From: Octopus bimaculoides
Taxonomy: Eukaryota
DNA length: 37,703 nucleotides
Reading direction: 5' to 3'
Assembly (NCBI RefSeq): GCF_001194135.2
Contig: NC_068994.1
Coordinates: 10,894,473-10,932,175 of the forward strand
Part shown: positions 32,847-37,703 of the stretch, piece after piece
Position numbering within the stretch: position 1 is the stretch's first letter
Layout: every line of letters starts with the position of its first letter
The notes under the pieces: model-generated
The model's input: only the letters and a program-made list of their open reading frames with translations
Databases searched by the model: none
Told to the model about the DNA's origin: nothing
Made by a program: the position numbers and the translations under genes

Positions 32847-33589
32847 GGCTGCTACGCTAAAGTACAGACGTGTAGTGCCTGCTCGTCGGATTTTCGTTTT
32901 CACGCAAGATGACTGAGCGATCGAGCATAGACCATAAACTCAAGTCTTATCAGTGATGATAGCCTTCATGCAGTCTGCGTCGTGATTTTTACAGTCCAGC
33001 ATATCCTGGGCGATTTCCATGCAGTTTTGCTTCAGCTGTTCTACCAGCAGCTTCGAGACGAATTTCGCTGACACTCTCCGCATGCACAAATCCTCCATTA
33101 AGATGGAACTCACTCATCCTGTGTTTATTCCAGTTTCATGAGCAATTTCTTGCATTATTACATTGCCGTCTTCCACGGCTATTCGCTGAACCTTCTCAGT
33201 CAGCTCCTCGTTTCGATTTGTGAATGGCCATGTTTGAAGCAGTTGTACAACTCCTTGATCTGAGTTTTGCCCATAGCATTACCACCAAAGGCCTGCTGAA
33301 TCTTCTGGATGGTTTGAGCTTGAATATCACCAATCATTTGGCAGAACTTAGTATAAAATCCCTTCTCGGTGCGTTCGGGCAGCTTGCGTGAAAACGAAAA
33401 TGCGGCGAGCGCGCACGACACGTCTATACTCTAGACCTAACAGCCGGTAACTAACGTGATCAAGTGGTTCGAAAATTTTCACACTTGCGCAGTAAGGGTA
33501 GCGTTACCTCCCACCTAAAGAATTCTGCTCACATGGCATTAGTTTTGGCGTAAAAAAATAAACCGTATAGTCTTTGAAAGCATCTCATA
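32847..33589 (-). mobile_element. Non-autonomous mariner element with inverted duplication of its 5' region
   Basis: Mariner-like terminus on the minus strand TA|tgagatgctttcaaagactatacggtt (33561-33589); 32847-32927 is the inverted homologue of 33363-33445. Confidence 0.8.
32930..33382 (-). pseudogene. Mariner (Tc1/mariner superfamily) transposase pseudogene, N-terminal half
   Basis: Conceptual translation TKFCQMIG..QTIQKIQQAFGGNAMGKTQIKELYNCFKHG / RNEELTEKV..QEIAHETGINTG*VSSILMEDLCMRRVSAKFVSKLL..EIAQDMLDC..KAIITDKT*VYG: HTH domains, the WVPREL-equivalent FVSKLL and the first catalytic TGDETW motif, with stops and a frameshifting deletion. Confidence 0.9.
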
Positions 33590-33998
33590 CACCATGGAGA
33601 CCGGATTATCGGCTTTGTGGAGTCCTAGAATCCAAGACTGTAACGTCCCAGGGATTTTTGTTTTTTTGCTGTTTATATTGTTTTCATCTTGGTTTTTAGC
33701 AGTTTTATTAGTTCTCAGTTTCAAATACAAATGCCGGTCAAATTTCGCCTGTAGATGGGGCTTTCTTCGTACGTTCTTGATAATATATCATTCTTTGGCG
33801 CCAGTTTTAATTTCTTTGCCATCTTTTTCCTTCTTTTTAATTTTGCTAAGCAGTGTTCTTTTTTCCTTTTTAAAAAAAAATTGCTAAACAGAGTGTTTTT
33901 CTTTTTTTTCGTTACCGTAGTTTATCGTTTATCGTCTCGTCGTTTCTCATTCATGCAGGTAGACATTTTATTTAGATCAGAACCTGATATTTTTTTTT

Positions 33999-34024
33999 GT
34001 ATTATTATTATTATTTATTATTAC

Positions 34025-34062
<38 letters not shown>

Positions 34063-34357
34063 GATTGTATCTGATTTATTATGACATTGATATCACATTG
34101 TTATCGCTTTCAAAATTAAATAACACATGTTGANNNNNNNNNNNNNNNNNNNNNNNNNNNNNNNNNNNNNNNNNNNNNNNNNNNNNNNNNNNNNNNNNNN
34201 NNNNNNNNNNNNNNNNNNNNNNNNNNNNNNNNNNNNNNNNNNNNNNNNNNNNNNNNNNNNNNNNNNNNNNNNNNNNNNNNNNNNNNNNNNNNNNNNNNNN
34301 NNNNNNNNNATAATTTAATATTTTTGTTAGTATTTTCAATTTTAAATTTTTAAAAAA

Positions 34358-34416
<59 letters not shown>
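33999..34416. repeat. (ATT)n microsatellites flanking a gap
   Basis: Direct reading at ~33999-34062 and ~34358-34416. Confidence 0.95.
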
Positions 34417-34611
34417 CTTATGTTTTCTCGTAAATATGTTCAAAGCATCAAACTGCTATTGAAAAGTTGAAGATACATTCTTCTGATGTATTCCATTTTC
34501 TTTTGTATGGAACTTCACTGCTAGAATATTTTCACACAGTTTTTGCAGTAGGATATTTTTTTTTTAAATTTTCTTCTTTTTTCTTTTTCTTCTTCTTCGT
34601 ATATGTTAAAG

Positions 34612-34673
34612 TTTGCAATATCGATAATTCATTGTGCGTGTCATCTTTGTCATCGTGGTTCCGACAGACTGAC
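34612..34673 (+). other. Candidate 62-nt exon (unverified, possibly UTR)
   Basis: Long pyrimidine tract ending gttaaag| and donor GAC|gtaagt; no recognisable peptide. Confidence 0.15.
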
Positions 34674-35319
34674 GTAAGTTTCCAAGAACCAAATACGATC
34701 ACGGAAAAAAAAAACACAACAGCAAAAAAAAAAAAAAAANNNNNNNNNNNNNNNNNNNNNNNNNNNNNNNNNNNNNNNNNNNNNNNNNNNNNNNNNNNNN
34801 NNNNNNNNNNNNNNNNNNNNNNNNNNNNNNNNNNNNNNNNNNNNNNNNNNNNNNNNNNNNNNNNNNNNNNNNNNNNNNNNNNNNNNNNNNNNNNNNNNNN
34901 NNNNNNNNNNNNNNNNNNNNNNNNNNNNNNNNNNNNNNNNNNNNNNNNNNNNNNNNNNNNNNNNNNNNNNNNNNNNNNNNNNNNNNNNNNNNNNNNNNNN
35001 NNNNNNNNNNNNNNNNNNNNNNNNNNNNNNNNNNNNNNNNNNNNNNNNNNNNNNNNNNNNNNNNNNNNNNNNNNNNNNNNNNNNNNNNNNNNNNNNNNNN
35101 NNNNNNNNNNNNNNNNNNNNNNNNNNNNNNNNNNNNNNNNNNNNNNNNNNNNNNNNNNNNNNNNNNNNNNNNNNNNNNNNNNNNNNNNNNNNNNNNNNNN
35201 NNNNNNNNNNNNNNNNNNNNNNNNNNNNNNNNNNNNNNNNNNNNNNNNNNNNNNNNNNNNNNNNNNNNNNNNNNNNNNNNNNNNNNNNNNNNNNNTATAT
35301 ATGCATATATAAGAAATCG

Positions 35320-35615
35320 CCGCAATACGCCACGACGTTTGAAGCCTTTGAACTTTCCTTTATCTCCCCTTCTTCTTAACTCTTTTGTGTGACCCTTCTG
35401 TCCGATATTCGCCATGATAGATCACTGACCACTAGATATATATTTTTCTCTCCTTGTTTCTCTCCTTGTTTCTTTCTGTGTTCCTTTCTGTTGAAGAGCG
35501 TAGGCTCGAAACGTTAAAGACTTTCTCTATTCCCGAGCGTTATACTAATACATCCATTTGTTGTTTACACCACCTGTCTTCGTCTGTTGTTTTTTCGTGA
35601 ATTCTCTCCCATATA
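35320..35615 (+). mobile_element. Penelope-like element 3' end / pseudo-LTR, copy 2
   Basis: 35420-35615 is homologous to 9681-9880; upstream codons give EIAAIRH / LKPLN, weakly like a GIY-YIG C-terminus. Confidence 0.55.
35484..35519 (+). ncRNA. Minimal type-I hammerhead ribozyme-like motif, copy 2
   Basis: CTTT/AAAG stem I; CTGTTGA plus extra A; GAGC(GTAG)GCTC; GAAA; ACGT palindrome; site is GUU rather than GUC. Confidence 0.5.
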
Positions 35616-35679
35616 TATACATATATTTTTTCATATATATGATTACACACATATACATGCACACCCATCCATTCATATC

Positions 35680-36149
35680 TCATCTTTTATCATTTACTTG
35701 TTTCAGTCATTAGACAGCGGCCATGCTGGGGCACCGCTTTGATGAATTTTAGTCGAACGAATCAACCCCAGTACTTATTTTATTTTATTTTTTAAACCCG
35801 AAAATATCATGGGTATAGCGATTCGGCAAAAGAAATCGATAGTATAAGAATTTGAATTCAGAATATGAAAACGAAGGAGGTGCCGCTAAGCATTTCGCCC
35901 GGCGTGCTAACGTTTCTTATTTCTTTATTGCCCACAATGAGCTAAACATAGAAGAGACAAACAAGGACAGACAAAGGGATTAAGTCGATTACATCGACTC
36001 CAGTATGTAACTGGTACTTAATTTATCGGCCTCGAAAGGATGAAAGGCAAAGTCGATCTCGGCGGAATTCGAACTCAGAAGGTAACGGCAGACGAAATAC
36101 CGCCAAGCATTTCACTCGGTGTGCTAACGATTCTGCCAGTTCGCCGCCT
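35680..36149 (-). mobile_element. SINE B2 (35914-36149) joined to a B head that continues into an A-like tail
   Basis: Junction gctaacgt|ttcttatttc at 35913/35914; A-like tail tttacttgtttcagtcattagacagcggccatgctgg at ~35693-35735. Confidence 0.8.
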
Positions 36150-36169
36150 TGAATAAAGAAAATATTAAA

Positions 36170-37350
36170 GGCTGAAAGAAAACATCAAATAAAATAAATG
36201 ACAATGAAGAAAAAGGAAAATGATATACCAGTTAAATAAGCCGTGAGGCATAAATTTAAAGGCCTATTCAAATGAATGTTATAATAGACTGAAACAGATG
36301 AATGAAGGAAAGGTATAAAACGATAGAAAGAACAAAAAGGAACAAGATAATTGAAGAAGAGAAATAAGAAATGATTGAGAGAAACGAAGGATAAATACTA
36401 ACGAAGGAAGGAAAAATTAGAAAGAGGTGATAAATTAGAAGGAATACGGAAAGGAAGACATTTTATGAAGCACAAAGGAAATGAATAAAGGATTCGCTGA
36501 GAGTTAATTTGAATGAATGAGAATTAGTGACGAATTAAGGTGAATAAAGAAGTATAGAAATATATAATACAAAAATACATAGTGTTTGTAAAATAGTAAA
36601 ATATATAAGTATAAAATATATATATAAAATAGTAAAATATATAAGTATAAAATATATATATAAAATAGTAAAATATATAAGAATTATTAAAAAAATATAT
36701 AGGATATATATAAATGAATAATATAAAAGATATGTAAGACAAACAAGATGAATTAAAATATATAAATATAAATAAGAATAAATATAGATATGAATATAAA
36801 TATAAAAATGTATAGATATAAAAATACATAAACAAAAAATAAAAAATATATAATTAAAAAATATAAAAATCTACAATATAAAATTTTATAAGACATAGGA
36901 AAATGCATAAGAAATGCAAAAATATATAACTATAAAAAGTACATAATGTAATTTAATATAATATAATATAGGTATAAAAGATACATAAAAAAATACAAAA
37001 GATAAATACATATGATAAATAAAGATACTTAAGATAAATAAGAAATAAAATAAGAATATGAAAGATATATAAAAATATAAAAAAATACGTTAGATATATA
37101 GAAATGAATGTGAAATATAAGATATAAAAGATAAGTAGAATTTATTAGGTAAATAAAAATGGAGCACGAAAATATTTAAATAAAATGAAGGAGTAAAAAC
37201 ATAGAGACACACCAAAGGAAAATTGCAAGAAATAATGCATTAATGGATGAAAGAGTGAGGGAATAAACAAATGAAGGAATGAAAAAAATTACGGAATAAA
37301 GGAATAAGTTAGCACAACCTGATGAAACAAAGAAAGGAATGAAATGGATG
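36170..37350. repeat. Strand-biased A-rich low-complexity tract with a ~33-35 bp tandem triplet at ~36590-36690
   Basis: Very low C content on the plus strand; aaatagtaaaatatataag repeated three times. Confidence 0.8.
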
Positions 37351-37354
37351 AAAT

Positions 37355-37516
37355 TCTTTTCTGCTCTAGCCACAAGGCCCGAAATTTGGGGGGAGGGGGC
37401 TAGTCGATTAGATCGACCCCAGTACGTAAGTGGTACTTAATTTATCGACCCCGAAAGGATGAAAGGCAAAGTCGACCTCGGTGGAATTTGAACTCAGAAC
37501 GTAAAGTCTGACGAAA
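37355..37516 (-). mobile_element. SINE B (B1 tail), 5' truncated
   Basis: tctttttctgctctagccacaaggcccgaaattt...gaaaggcaaagtcgacctcggtggaatttgaactcagaacg. Confidence 0.88.
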
Positions 37517-37700
37517 TGGTGCACTTTAGAAAAGCAAATATGAAGTTGATATCCTCCACCATCATCATTACAAGAATTGGAAACTGTTTTAGCTGAAGAA
37601 TGGACAAAAATTCCTTCGGAAACAATTCAAACTTTGTAGGAGTCCAAACCTCGAAGAAGTCAAGCTGAAATTACTGCCACAGGCGTGCTATCCAATATAT
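37517..37700 (+). pseudogene. Tc1-type transposase C-terminal fragment
   Basis: WCTLEKQI*S*YPPPSSLQELETVLAEEWTKIPSETIQTL*ESKPRRSQAEITATG matches the Tc1 C-terminal pattern LW..LE....L..L...L.EEW..IP...I..L..SMPRR..AVI.AKG, with three in-frame stops. Confidence 0.85.
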
Positions 37701-37703
37701 ATA

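Overview
Repeat-dense, apparently non-coding eukaryotic DNA (intergenic or a long intron) from a fragmented short-read assembly, with 17 N-gaps totalling about 4.5 kb. The repeat families look like those I associate with octopus genomes; that assignment is recognition, not a database result. No host protein-coding gene can be supported. Nearly all track ORFs come from microsatellites, SINE copies or N-runs. The window holds many copies of several tRNA-headed SINE families (labelled here A, B, C, D), hAT-, piggyBac- and Merlin-like MITE remnants, a decayed mariner transposase (minus strand, 32930-33382) and a Tc1 transposase C-terminal fragment (37517-37700). Best leads: (1) a ~190-bp repeat at 9.7 kb and 35.5 kb carrying a minimal type-I hammerhead-ribozyme topology with a shared non-canonical core (CUGUUGA plus an extra A), typical of Penelope-like pseudo-LTRs, and a third decayed hammerhead-like hairpin at 23.4 kb; (2) SINE-B units joined head-to-tail at exactly the same nucleotide at four junctions in three loci, suggesting self-targeted insertion or multimer formation; (3) a 45-bp element with perfect 16-bp TIRs and a perfect 8-bp TSD; (4) a mariner whose 3' end is replaced by an inverted copy of its own 5' end; (5) a minisatellite array that flips strand into a large palindrome.
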